Origin: Haplodiscus bocki
Taxonomy: Eukaryota
Assembly (NCBI GenBank): GCA_965655095.1
Contig: OZ296652.1
Coordinates: 55,552,001 to 55,616,000, forward strand
Reading direction: 5' to 3'
Length of the DNA stretch: 64,000 bases
Positions 1 to 13,000 of this stretch are shown here, one piece after another (within the stretch, counting starts at the first letter, position 1; the number at the start of each line of letters is the position of its first letter). The notes below the pieces were generated by a model. The model did not search any database. It had not been told where the DNA came from and worked only from the letters and a program-made list of their open reading frames with translations. A program made the translations under genes and the position numbers.

Positions 1-769
1 CATTTTTGCATATTTTTGGATTTTTCTCGCCAACGGTTGTGTTTAGAGGGTCGAGTGTGGAGTGCAAAAACGATCAGCGTCGGCCAGGGGTTACGGGGGG
101 TATTTTTGTTTTGGGCCACATTTTCCCCCCTAAAAGTTCACTCCCAGCTCACGCCCCCTATAGGGGTAAATGTCCAAAAAGTCGGTGAAGGAGTGCTCGT
201 AGCGTGTCCATGCATAAGGGATGATTTGCATGACTACTGGAGTGCTTTCCAGTGATATAGTTGTTTTGTGCATCGGTTTTCCCCCCTGGGAGACTATGCC
301 CGAAATGTAGTTTTTTGGGCAGTTAGACTGTTTTTTGAGGGGAAGTGAAGGGGTTTGGAGGCATGGATCGTATAGGCAATAATATGCGGCGCGTGCAGGC
401 GAATCAGGGGAACCCATTTACGCCCTCTGTTTATGCCCGCTACGCAACATTTTTGCCCGCTGCGCAACATTTTTGCCCGCTACGCAACATTTTTGCCCGT
501 TTTTCCGATTTTTGGTCCAGAGTCAGTATTTTACCGCAGATTTGCGCGCTTTTTGCGCCAAATCTGCGGTTGGACCACTCCAGTGGGCCTTCCTTGCTGC
601 TACGACAATTCCTGCCACCAACCAGAAATCCCCCTCCGGGTGGGGCACTCGCCCGGTTTCATCGTTCCCACTGTGTTGAGCCACACACGAAAGTCCGTTG
701 GCGCGCTGTCGCGCGCCGATCGTCTCAACTAAAGCCCTACTTGCCGGCAGGCGCCCCCATTCCCTCTAG

Positions 770-1763
770 GTGGGCGGGGGCCTCATTCCCCTCAGTATTT
801 GGGCAAGCGGGTAGGGTCCTGATTGCCCTCCTCAGTACCAGGTTTACGGATACAAAGCCCGGAGCTCAAAATGCTAACTTTTAAACTAACCGTAAGATTT
901 TGATGAGCGAGCGGCCCCCACCGTTTTTTTGGACGCTGATTACGATGGTAGCGGTCAAATTTTGATTGAAAACTCTGGGATCCCCATTTTTGCCCCTTTT
1001 TGGGGTAAAAACGCCCTTTTTTGCATATTTTGGAATTTTTCTCGCCAACGGTTGGTTTTAGCGGGTCGGGTGTGGAGTGCAAAAATGATCAGCGTCGGCC
1101 AGGCATTACGGGGGGTATTTTTGTTTTGGGCCACATTTTCCCCCCGTAAAAGTTCACTCCCCAGCCCACGCCCCTTTTAGGGGTAATTGTCCAAAAAGTC
1201 GGTGAAGGAGTGCTCGTAGCGTGTCCATGCATGAGGGATGATTTGTAGTATTACTGGAGTGCTTTCCGCTGATATCCTTGTTTTGTGCATCAGTTCCCCC
1301 CCCTCGGAGACTATGCTCGAAATGTGGTTTCTTGGGCACGTAGACTGTTTTTTGAGGGGGAAGGAGTGCGTTTAGAGGCATGGAACGTATAAGCAATGAT
1401 ATGCAGCGTGTGCAGGCGAATCAGGGGAACTCATTTATGCCCTCTGTTCATGCCCGCTACCCAAAGTTTTTGCCCGCTACGCAAATTTTTCGCCCATTTT
1501 TCCGATTTTTGGTCCAGAGTCACTTTTTTACCGCAGATTTGCGCGCTTTTTGCGCCAAATCTGCGGCTGGACCACTCCAGTGGGCCTTCCCTGCTGCTAC
1601 GACAGCAGTTCCTGTCACCAATCAATCCCCCCTCGGGGGGGGGGCACTTCCGGTTTCATCGTTCCCACTGTTGAGCCACACAGGAAAGTCCGTTGGCGCG
1701 CTGTCGCGCGCCGATCGTCTCAACTAAAGCCCTACTTGCCGGCTTTGCCGTCATCTTTTCTAG
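770..1763 (+). mobile_element. Representative ~1 kb non-autonomous unit (type A), an internal-deletion-type relative of the 13.7-kb element
   Basis: The first ~800 bp are homologous to 20195-~20990 and the last ~90 bp match 33831-33920. About 15 complete copies of 848-1019 bp lie in the array. No credible coding capacity. Confidence 0.85.
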
Positions 1764-2611
1764 GTGGACGGGGGCCTCATTCCCCTCAGTATTTGGGCAA
1801 GCGGGTAGGGTCCTGATTGCCCTTCTCAGTACCAAGTTTACGGATACAAAGCCCGGAGCTCAAAAATGCTAACTTTTAAACTAACCGTAAAATTTTGATG
1901 AGCGAGCGGCCCCCACCGTTTTTTTGGACGCTGATTACGATGGTAGTGGTCAAATTTTGATTGAAAACTCTGGGATCCCCATTTTTGCCCTTTTTTGGGG
2001 TAAAAACGCCCATTTTTGCATATTTTCGAATTATTCTCGCCAACGGTTGGTTTTAGCGGGTCGGGTGTGGAGTGCAAAAATGATCAGCGTCGGCCAGGGG
2101 TTACGGGGGGTATTTTTGTTTTGGGCCACATTTTCCCCCCTAAAAGTTCACTCCCCAGCCCACGCCCCCTATAGGGGTAAATGTCCAAAAAGTCGGTGAA
2201 GGAGTGCTCCTAGCGTGTCCATGCATGACAAGCAATGATATGCAGCGTGTGCAGGCGCATCGGAGGAACCCATTTCCGCCCCCTGTTCATGCCCGCTACG
2301 CAAAGTTTTTGCCCGCTACGCAAAATTTTCGCCCGTTTTTCCGATTTTTGGTCCAGAGTCACTTTTTTACCGCAGATTTGCGCGCTTTTTGCGCCAAATC
2401 TGCAGCTGGACCACTCCAGTGGGCCTTCCCTGCTGCTACGACAGCAGTTCTTGTCACCAATCAATCCCCCCTCGGGGGGGGGGGGGGCACTTCCGGTTTC
2501 ATCGTTCCCACTGTTGAGCCACACAGGAAAGTCCGTTGGCGCTGGCGCGCTGTCGCGCGCCGATCGTCTCAACTAAAGCCCTACTTGCCGGCTTTGCCGC
2601 TTCTTTTCTGG

Positions 2612-4034
2612 GTGGTCCGGGAGCGTCCCCCTACCTCATCCGGCCGCCTGGGGAGGGTCCCAGATCCGGCCCCCTCTTTCTGAATTTTGATAGATGAAAT
2701 TTCGAGGGTATAATTGCGATTTTGGAAACTAACCCGCCGATTTTTTTAATTTTTTGCATACGGCCAGATATGACAGATCTAAGAACTAATCCCTACTGGC
2801 GTTTTTCCGAAATATGAACCGAAGTTGGTTTTTTGGCCATTTTTTGGTGCAAAAATGACGTTTTTTCGAAAAATTGGCAGTTTTTCGCCTCAAAGTCCAA
2901 TTTCGTCCACACAACTAGATTAGCAAGTGCGTGCATGCGAAAAGTACGTCAACTGGCAAGAACAATAAGCACTAGAACGCTGGTCTACGACAAGTTTGCG
3001 TGGACTTATGATATTTTGAATGTGTGCAAAAAACGTGCGAAAAGCGTAATTTGCAAACATAACGTCACATAACTCGATAACAATGATGTTTAGCGGTCCA
3101 CTGTGGGAGCACTTTTTTGTTGCCAATCTATAGCGGAACAAATGTTGTGAACAAAAAGTTCCTTAGAAAATTCTACGAAAAAAGTTATAACCGTTTTTTT
3201 GGGCGAAAAACCGACTTTTTTCGAAAATTTTCGCAAAATAGTCGAAGTGTTTGCATTTTTTCGCAAACCTAGATATGGAGACCACCATAATCGCATTAGG
3301 CAGCCCAAGGGCAGCACTACACCAGGGTTAGACAGTTTTTTCAAAATTAATTTCAAGATTTTGATTTTTTCGGCTGTCAATTTTGTCTCGAGAGAGAAAA
3401 AACAAAAAAGACAATTTCGTCCAAAACCCACCATAACTTCTTTCAGCGGCTGTTTGGCTGCTAAATTCATCTTTAACAAAACGTTTGGCACATAACGTGA
3501 AAGCCGGCCGCAAGTTTTGAGGTTTCTTTGATTGGCCAAAAAAAAGTAAATTCATTTCAATTACTGATTTTTTGACCCTTGGCGAAAATTGTGGGAAGAG
3601 TTCAAATACAAATCGAAGTAAAACTTTCTTGGCCAACAAAATACGTCTTCGCAGGATCACAGAAGCCTCCAACAGAAGCTCTGGAGGTTGGTGAGCCGTT
3701 TCCCATCGACCCCAGGGCGATGGAACGGCGAACATATATTAAAAAAGGAAGCGAAAACAAAAAAATTTTTCACCTCTGTGTGGTTTTGATGGTAACCACT
3801 GATTCGAAAACGCCGTTTAGGCCTTGCAGTCGGCTGCTAAACTACACCGTAGGTGTTGAATTGTTCACCGGGACCGGGCTTGAATGATGTAGAGGGAGTG
3901 CGAAGGCACATTTCGTACAGTTTTCCAGTCGACCGACGAAAGTCGGTTATACACAATTGTGTAAAAGTAAATCAAAAACTGTCTGAAATGCACCGTGCAA
4001 GCGGCCCTAGTGTGAGTTCAGCCTCCAGCGCTAG
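2612..4034 (+). mobile_element. Divergent 1423-bp unit (type B) with diverged but structurally equivalent termini
   Basis: Starts GTGGTCCGGGAGCG and ends GCCCTAGTGTGAG...GCGCTAG, flush with its neighbours. The internal part (from ~2880, GTCCACACAACTAG...GCATGCG) is homologous to ~14960-15830 and ~19400-19910. Confidence 0.75.
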
Positions 4035-7000
4035 GTGGGCGGGGGCCATATTCCCCTCAGTATTTGGGCAAGCGGGTAGGGTCCTGATTGCCCTTCTCAG
4101 TACCAGGTTTACGGATACAAAGCCCGGAGCTCAAAAATGCTAACTTTTAAACTAACCGTAAGATTTTGATGAGCGAGCGGCCCCCACCGTTTTTTTGGGC
4201 GCTGATTACGATGGTAGTGGTCAATTTTTGATTGAAAACTCTGGGACCCCCCCTTTGCCCCTTTTTGGGGTAAAAACGCCCATTTTTGCATATTTTTGGA
4301 TTTTTCTCGCCAACGGTTGGGTTTATCGGGTCGGGTGTGGAGTGCAAAAACGATTAGCGTCGGCCAGGGGTTACGGGGGGTAATTTTGTTTTTGGCCACA
4401 ATTCCTCCCCTAAAAGTTGACTCCCCAGCCCACGCCCCTTTTAGGGGTAAATGTCCAAAAAGTCGGTGAAGGAGTGCTCGTAGCGTGTCCATGCATAAGG
4501 GATGATTTGTAGTACTACTGGAGTGCTTTCCAGTGATATAGTTGTTTTGTGCATCGGTTCCCCCCCCCCTCGGAGACTATGCCCGAAATGTAGTTTTTTG
4601 GGCAGTTAGACTGTTTTTTGAGGGGAAGTGAAGGGGTTTGGAGGCATGGATCGTATAGGCAATAATATGCGGCGCGTGCAGGCGAATCAGGGGAACCCAC
4701 TTACGCCCTCTGTTTAAGCCCGCTACGCAACATTTTTGCCTGCTACGCAACATTTTTGCCCGTTCTTCCGATTTTTGGTCCAGAGTCACTATTTTACCGC
4801 AGATTTGCGCGCTTTTTGCGCCAAATCTGCGGTTGGACCACTCCAGTGGGCATTACTTGCTGCTACGACAATTCCTGCCTTCACCAATCAATCCCCCCTC
4901 AGCGGGGGGCACTCCCCCGGTTTCATCAATCCCACTGTGTTGAGCCACACACGAAAGTCCGTTGGCGCGCTGTCGCGCGCCGATCGTCTCAACTAAAGCC
5001 CTACTTGCCGGCAGGCGCCCCCACTCCCTCTAGGTGGGCGGGGGCCTCATTCCCCTCAATATTTGGGCAAGCGGGTAGGGTCCTGATTGCCCTTCTCAGT
5101 ACCAGGTTTACGGATACAAAGCCCGGAGCTCAAAAATGCTAACTTTTAAACTAACCGTAAGATTTTGATGAGCGAGCGGCCCCCACCGTTTTTTTGGACG
5201 CTGATTACGATGGTAGTGGTCAAATTTTGATTGAAAACTCTGTGACCCCCCCTTTTGCCCCTTTTTGGGGTAAAAACGCCCATTTTTGCATATTTTTGGA
5301 TTTTTCTCGCCAACGGTTGGTTTTAGCGGGTCGGGTGTGGAGTGCAAAAATGATCAGCGTCGGCCACGGATTACGGGGGGTATTTTTGTTTTGGGCCACA
5401 TTTTCCCCCCTAAAAGTTCACTCCCCAGCCCACGCCCCCTATAGGGGTAAATGTCCAAAAAGTCGGTGAAGGAGTGCTCGTAGCGTGTCCATGCATAAAC
5501 GATGATTTGTAGTACTACTGGAGTGCTTTCCGCTGATATCCTTGTTTTGTGCATCAGTTCCCCCACCCCCCCTCGGAGAATTTGCCGGAAATGTGGTTTT
5601 TTGGGCACGTAGACTGTTTTTTGAGGGGGAAGGAGTGCATTTAGAGGCACGGAACGTATAAGCAATGATATGCAGCGTGTGCAGGCGCATCGGAGGAACC
5701 CATTTCCGCCCCCTGTTCATGCCCGCTACGCAAAGTTTTTGCCCGCTACGCAAAAATTTCGCCCGTTTTTCCGGTTTTTGGTCCAGAGTCACTTTTTTAC
5801 CGCAGATTTGCGCGCTTTTTGCGCCAAATCTGCGGTTGGACCACTCCAGTGGGCCTTCCTTCCTGCTACAACAATTCCTGCCTTCACCAATCAATCCCCC
5901 CTCGGCGGGGGGCACTCCCCCGGTTTCATCAATCCCACTGTTGAGCCACACAGGAAAATCCGTTGGCGCGCTGTCGCGCACCGATCGTCTCAACTAAAGC
6001 CCTACTTGCCGGCTTTGCCGTCATCTTTTCTAGGTGGGCGGGGGCCATATTCCCCTCAGTATTTGGGCAAGCGGGTAGGGTCCTGATTGCCCTTCTCAGT
6101 ACCAGGTTTACGGATACAAAGCCTGGAGCTCAAAAATGCCAACTTTTAAACTAACCGTAAGATTTTGATGAGCGAGCGGCCCCCACCGTTTTTTTGGACG
6201 CTGATTACGATGGTAGCGGTCAAATTTTGATTGAAAACTCTGGGACCTCCATTTTTGCCCCCTTTTTGGGGTAAAAACGCCCTTTTTTGCATATTTTTGA
6301 ATTTTTCTCGCCAACGGTTGGTTTTAGCGGGTCGGGTGTGGAGTGCAAAAATGATCAGCGTCGGCCAGGGGTTACGGGGGGTATTTTTGTTTTGGGCCAC
6401 ATTTTCCCCCCTAAAAGTTCACTCCCCAGCCCACGCCCCCTATAGGGGTAAATGTCCAAAAAGTCGGTGAAGGAGTGCTCGTAGCGTGTCCATGCATAAG
6501 GGATGAATTGTAGTACTACTGGAGTGCTTTCCAGTGATATAGTTGTTTTGTGCATCGGTTTCCCCCCCTCGGAGACTATTCCCGAAACGTGGTTTTTTGG
6601 GCACTTAGACTGTTTTTTGAGGGGGAAGGAGTGCGTTTAGAGGCATGGATCGTATAGGCAATAATATGCGGCGCGTGCAGGCGAATCAGGGGAACCCACT
6701 TACGCCCTCTGTTTAAGCCCGCTACGCAACATTTTTGCCTGCTACGCAACATTTTTGCCCGTTCTTCCGATTTTTGGTCCAGAGTCACTATTTTACCGCA
6801 GATTTGCGCGCTTTTTGCGCCAAATCTGCGGTTGGACCACTCCAGTGGGCATTACTTGCTGCTACGACAATTCCTGCCTTCACCAATCAATCCCCCCTCA
6901 GCGGGGGGCACTCCCCCGGTTTCATCAATCCCACTGTGTTGAGCCACACACGAAAGTCCGTTGGCGCGCTGTCGCGCGCCGATCGTCTCAACTAAAGCCC

Positions 7001-10000
7001 TACTTGCCGGCAGGCGCCCCCACTCCCTCTAGGTGGGCGGGGGCCTCATTCCCCTCAATATTTGGGCAAGCGGGTAGGGTCCTGATTGCCCTTCTCAGTA
7101 CCAGGTTTACGGATACAAAGCCCGGAGCTCAAAAATGCTAACTTTTAAACTAACCGTAAGATTTTGATGAGCGAGCGGCCCCCACCGTTTTTTTGGACGC
7201 TGATTACGATGGTAGTGGTCAAATTTTGATTGAAAACTCTGTGACCCCCCCTTTTGCCCCTTTTTGGGGTAAAAACGCCCATTTTTGCATATTTTTGGAT
7301 TTTTCTCGCCAACGGTTGGTTTTAGCGGGTCGGGTGTGGAGTGCAAAAATGATCAGCGTCGGCCACGGATTACGGGGGGTATTTTTGTTTTGGGCCACAT
7401 TTTCCCCCCTAAAAGTTCACTCCCCAGCCCACGCCCCCTATAGGGGTAAATGTCCAAAAAGTCGGTGAAGGAGTGCTCGTAGCGTGTCCATGCATAAACG
7501 ATGATTTGTAGTACTACTGGAGTGCTTTCCGCTGATATCCTTGTTTTGTGCATCAGTTCCCCCACCCCCCCTCGGAGAATTTGCCGGAAATGTGGTTTTT
7601 TGGGCACGTAGACTGTTTTTTGAGGGGGAAGGAGTGCATTTAGAGGCACGGAACGTATAAGCAATGATATGCAGCGTGTGCAGGCGCATCGGAGGAACCC
7701 ATTTCCGCCCCCTGTTCATGCCCGCTACGCAAAGTTTTTGCCCGCTACGCAAAAATTTCGCCCGTTTTTCCGGTTTTTGGTCCAGAGTCACTTTTTTACC
7801 GCAGATTTGCGCGCTTTTTGCGCCAAATCTGCGGTTGGACCACTCCAGTGGGCCTTCCTTCCTGCTACAACAATTCCTGCCTTCACCAATCAATCCCCCC
7901 TCGGCGGGGGGCACTCCCCCGGTTTCATCAATCCCACTGTTGAGCCACACAGGAAAATCCGTTGGCGCGCTGTCGCGCACCGATCGTCTCAACTAAAGCC
8001 CTACTTGCCGGCTTTGCCGTCATCTTTTCTAGGTGGGCGGGGGCCATATTCCCCTCAGTATTTGGGCAAGCGGGTAGGGTCCTGATTGCCCTTCTCAGTA
8101 CCAGGTTTACGGATACAAAGCCTGGAGCTCAAAAATGCCAACTTTTAAACTAACCGTAAGATTTTGATGAGCGAGCGGCCCCCACCGTTTTTTTGGACGC
8201 TGATTACGATGGTAGCGGTCAAATTTTGATTGAAAACTCTGGGACCTCCATTTTTGCCCCCTTTTTGGGGTAAAAACGCCCTTTTTTGCATATTTTTGAA
8301 TTTTTCTCGCCAACGGTTGGTTTTAGCGGGTCGGGTGTGGAGTGCAAAAATGATCAGCGTCGGCCAGGGGTTACGGGGGGTATTTTTGTTTTGGGCCACA
8401 TTTTCCCCCCTAAAAGTTCACTCCCCAGCCCACGCCCCCTATAGGGGTAAATGTCCAAAAAGTCGGTGAAGGAGTGCTCGTAGCGTGTCCATGCATAAGG
8501 GATGAATTGTAGTACTACTGGAGTGCTTTCCAGTGATATAGTTGTTTTGTGCATCGGTTTCCCCCCCTCGGAGACTATTCCCGAAACGTGGTTTTTTGGG
8601 CACTTAGACTGTTTTTTGAGGGGGAAGGAGTGCGTTTAGAGGCATGGAACGTATAAGCAATGATATGCAGCGTGTGCAGGCGCATCGGAGGAACGCATTT
8701 CCGCCCCCTGTTCATGCCCGCTACGCAAAGTTTTTGCCCGCTACGCAAAAGTTTTGCCCGTTATCCCGATTTTTGGTCCAGAGTCATTATTTTAACGCAG
8801 ATTTGCGCGCTTTTTGCGCCAAGTCTGCGGCTGGACCACTCCAGTGGGCCTTCCCTGCTGCTACGACAGCAGTTCCTGTCACCAATCAATCCCCCCTCGG
8901 GGGGGGGGGGGCACTCCCCTGGTTTCATCGTTCCCACAGTGTTGAGCCACACACGAAAGTCCGTTGGCGCTGGCGCGCTGTCGCGCGCCGATCGTCTCAA
9001 CTAAAGCCCTACTTGCCGGCAGGCGCCCCCATTTTCTCTAGGTGGGCGGGGGCCATATTCCCCTCAATATTTGGGCAAGCGGGTAGGGTCCTGATTGCCC
9101 TTCTCAGTACCAGGTTTACGGATACAAAGCCCGGAGCTCAAAAATGCTAACTTTTAAACTAACCGTATGATTTTGATGAGCGAGCGGCCCCCACCGTTTT
9201 TTTGGACGCTGATTACGATGGTAGCGGTCAAATTCTGATTGAAAACTCTGGGACCCCCATTTTTGCCCCTTTTTGGGGTAAAAACGCCCATTTTTGCATA
9301 TTTTTGGATTTTTCTCGCCAACGGTTGGTTTTAGCGGGTCGGGTGTGGAGTGCAAAAATGATCAGCGTCGGCCAGGGGTTACGGGGGGTATTTTTGTTTT
9401 GGGCCACATTTCCCCCCCCTAAAAGTTCACTCCCCAGCCCACGCCCCCTATAGGGGTAAATGTCCAAAAAGTCGATGAAGGAGTGCTCGTAGCGTGTCCA
9501 TGCATACGGGATGAATTGTAGTACTACTGGAGTGCTTTCCGCTGATATCCTTGTTTTGTGCATCAGTTCCCCCCCCCCCTCGGACAATTTGCCGGAAATG
9601 TGGTTTTTTGGGCACTTAGACTGTTTTTTGAGGGGGAAGGAGTGTGTTTAGAGGCATGGAACGTATAAGCAATGATATGCAGCGTGTGCAGGCGCATCGG
9701 AGGAACCCATTTCCGCCCCCTGTTCATGCCCGCTACGCAAAGTTTTTGCCCGCTACGCAAGATTTTCGCCCGTTTTTCCGATTTTTGGTCCAGAGTCACT
9801 TTTTACCGCAGATTTGCGCGCTTTTTGCGCCAAATCTGCGGTTGGACCACTCCAGTGGGCCTTACCTGCTGCTACGACAGCAGTTCCTGTCACCAATCAA
9901 TACCCCCTCGGGGGGGGGCACTCCCCCGGTTTCATCGTTCCCACTGTTGAGCCACACAGGAAAGTCCGTTGGCGCGCTGTCGCGCGCCGATCGTCTCAAC

Positions 10001-10039
10001 TAAAGCCCTACTTGCCGGCTTTGCCGTCATCTTTTCTAG

Positions 10040-13000
10040 GTGGGCGGGGGCCGTTCCCCCCATTTAAATTTGGGCCGACGGGTAGGGTCCTGTTGGCCCT
10101 CTTATTGCTCATAGCTTACGCTTAAAAATCGTTTGACAAAAATCACGATCTCAGAGTTGGACCATACGATTCGCCTCAAATTTTGCATGCGGCCACCAAA
10201 TGATGATATAAGAAGAAGTCCCTGCTGATGTTTTTCGATTGAAACATTTTTTGTTGACCAAATTGACGATTTTTGGTCCCAAAATTGGTGTTTTTGCCGT
10301 TTTTTGACTTTTTATGGCCCATATCTCTGTGTGGGTGACTCGCAGCGCTTCCGCACAGGACTGCAATATTGTCGAGCATTGTCTGGTGCTTCTGTAGAGG
10401 GGTCAAGTGTGGAAATTGGATGAAAAGTCTTGGAAAAATTCATGTTTTTCTTCGAAATTTTTGAATTTCGATGCTGAGTCTCTGCCGTTTTCGCTAATTT
10501 TTTTCAAAGTGACACTCACAGGGGGCAACCCCTGCCCAGATTTCCTCCCGGAACTTCCATTTGGCATGTTTACAAGCATTTTTGGTTTCCCAGGTACTTT
10601 GAAAAAATTTTAGTCAATTGATAAACTTTCACTGTGTACATTGACCGAAGTTTTGTACTGATAATGAAGACTTTGCAGGTAACCCATTTTGGTGTCGGAA
10701 GCAGATTGAGGCATACCGTATGCCGTTTCAGGGTGCATCGTGTAGTTCAGGCTCGTTTTTGAGCGAAAACTCTGGAGAAATGGTTTTTTCTTGTCTTTGT
10801 CACATGTTTTATTTGGTAAAGTTGTCCGAAGTTTTAAAAAATTAAGTTATGTTAGTATTGTTGTTATTTGGCATCAAGTACACCAGAATAGTATAAAATT
10901 AAACCACCAGCCTTAGCTAACCACGAAACGTTGGATCAGAACTATGTTTGAGTATTAGAACAAAATTATCTGTAAATATCGATATGCCTAAGCACAATAA
11001 GAAGTTAAAAATGAATTTAGCTTTGGCGGTTTTTGTTGATTCAAAGCTGTGATAATCGGGGTTAGCTATGTCATGTTGTTGTACACTACGTCATCTCCTT
11101 CCCCAGAAGTTGCTTGCTTGTTGTTGTTTTCAGAAAAAAACTGAATTTTCGATTTGCGAGTCGGTATCTTGTCTCAATTTCGTCTGACAATGGGCCGAAA
11201 ACAAATATTATCGATTTTGAAAGTTTTCCAGGGCATATGAAACTTTTTTGAGATCTTTCTGCGATTGTGCTTTGCTTTTTGGTTCCTTTCGATAACTGAT
11301 TTATCAAAAAAGACACGTTTTGTGCTCTTGACTATGTTTAGATATTCCTTTGAAATTTGGAAAAATTATTCACTGATGGAATCTTTCATTCATTTTCCAT
11401 GAATGCTCTGATTTCATCACAGCCCGGAAATTCGAACAATTCTCCAATTTACCTTCCATTCAATTTCCTCAAGACTTTTGAACCTCCTACAAGGCAAAAA
11501 CTTTTTGGTGCTCTCTAGCAGTGTCGAAAGGTATTACAAAACTGAATTTCTAATCTTTCTTGCGGACGTAATAGTGAATAGTGGGTTCCCTAATTTTACG
11601 GACCAAAATAACAGCAGTGATTTGCTTCGAAAAGTAGACACCTTGGAGGAAGGTAAAAAGAATAGAAAAGATTATTGTTTTTTTGTCGTCTTAATCACTA
11701 ATCTTTTGCTGAAACTTGTTAATTTTTTTCCAATTACATTGTCTTAGGACCATAAACGACAAGTTACCACAAAAACATGGCCATTACCTATCTCCATAAA
11801 TGTCTCAAGCCTACGCCATGCCACATTGATACTGGCGAATGTAGTTTTTATTACAAAATTGTGAGAAAAGCGAAGTGTTTACTGAGTTTTACCCAATCAC
11901 ATCTCTACCGTAAGGGATGAGCCATTAAGTAACAGAACCGTTTCCTCTGTATTCAAACCACTGAAAGATCTGAACCTGAAGTCTTTTAGCACCAACAGTT
12001 GTACAACAGTTTAGGACAAGTTAGATGTTTATTCCGGTACTCAATTTATTAGCAAATGTTTTTAACTTTCAATCAATTTGTGCACGAAGAAAAATGGAGT
12101 AAAGGTTCGTTATGTGCAAAAATCTTTGCAAGTGCACAGTAAAGGATTGAACGAACTCATGTTTTTCGGTGAAGTCAGCTTATTTGTTTCACTACCTCAT
12201 CGTAGAGAGGTTATCTTCTGATAGATTCAAAAGCAATCTTTCTTTTTCATTGTAATCTCCCGAACAATATCATTTGTCGAACTTTGCAATTAGAGCTTTT
12301 GATAATTGTTGACGTCGTTCATTCAGATAAATTTATACAAAGCTTTAAGTGAGACAACTGATCTTAATCTGTTTCTCTAGTGAAGTTTTTCGAGATTTTC
12401 TGCAATTGTAAGTGGTACAAATCTCGAGATTGTGGCGACAGCCAACTTTTTGAGGAAAAGCTGCTAGTGTTAATTTGGGGGATAGTATAATTCTATAGGG
12501 AAGGCTTAAAAAATCACATTCCTTCTTAACTTGGCCGTTATCATGAATATGCACTTTATATGAAATCGAAAAGACGATTGCTGCTTCCAGTTGACCCTCT
12601 CAAAAAAGTTTCGTAGAACATGAGTTCAAGGGAAAGTTGTTTTCTTCAGGATTGTTGATGAAAGTTTCCCTGGAAACTTGTTACAAGAAAGCACACGGAA
12701 ATCTTGCTAGCGAACTGTGTAAAAATATCTATCATTTGTAGAGAACATCTTGATTGGAAACAAAGTTTTTCAGTTTTTGTTGCTGTTCTTTCACAAAGTT
12801 GCATGCCCTATTGCACTTCCATTTGGCATGTTTGCAAGCACTTTTGGTTTCCCAAGTACTTTGAAAAATGAAAAAATTTTCACTGTTTACATTGATCGAA
12901 GTTTTGTCTGCCAAAGAATGCGTTGCAGTTCACCCATATTGGTGTCGGGAGATCAGTGAATCTTTCTAAAAGCAATATCAAGGCGTGTTAAGAGGTTTGA

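Noticed and set aside
690-830. CRISPR-like repeat-spacer reading of the conserved core plus variable segment
   Set aside because: The period is ~1 kb, the variable segments recur as a few alleles, no cas genes are present and the context is eukaryotic.
845-865. Twister-ribozyme-like CGGATACAAAGCCCG and hammerhead-like TGATGAG nearby
   Set aside because: The required partner elements (UAA plus pseudoknot strands; CUGANGA with GAAA stems) were not found, and the twister-like motif is replaced in other 5' alleles.
770-1763. 5S rDNA, snRNA or tRNA tandem gene cluster
   Set aside because: No recognisable 5S, U-snRNA or tRNA sequence on either strand, and the termini are shared with a transposase-coding unit.
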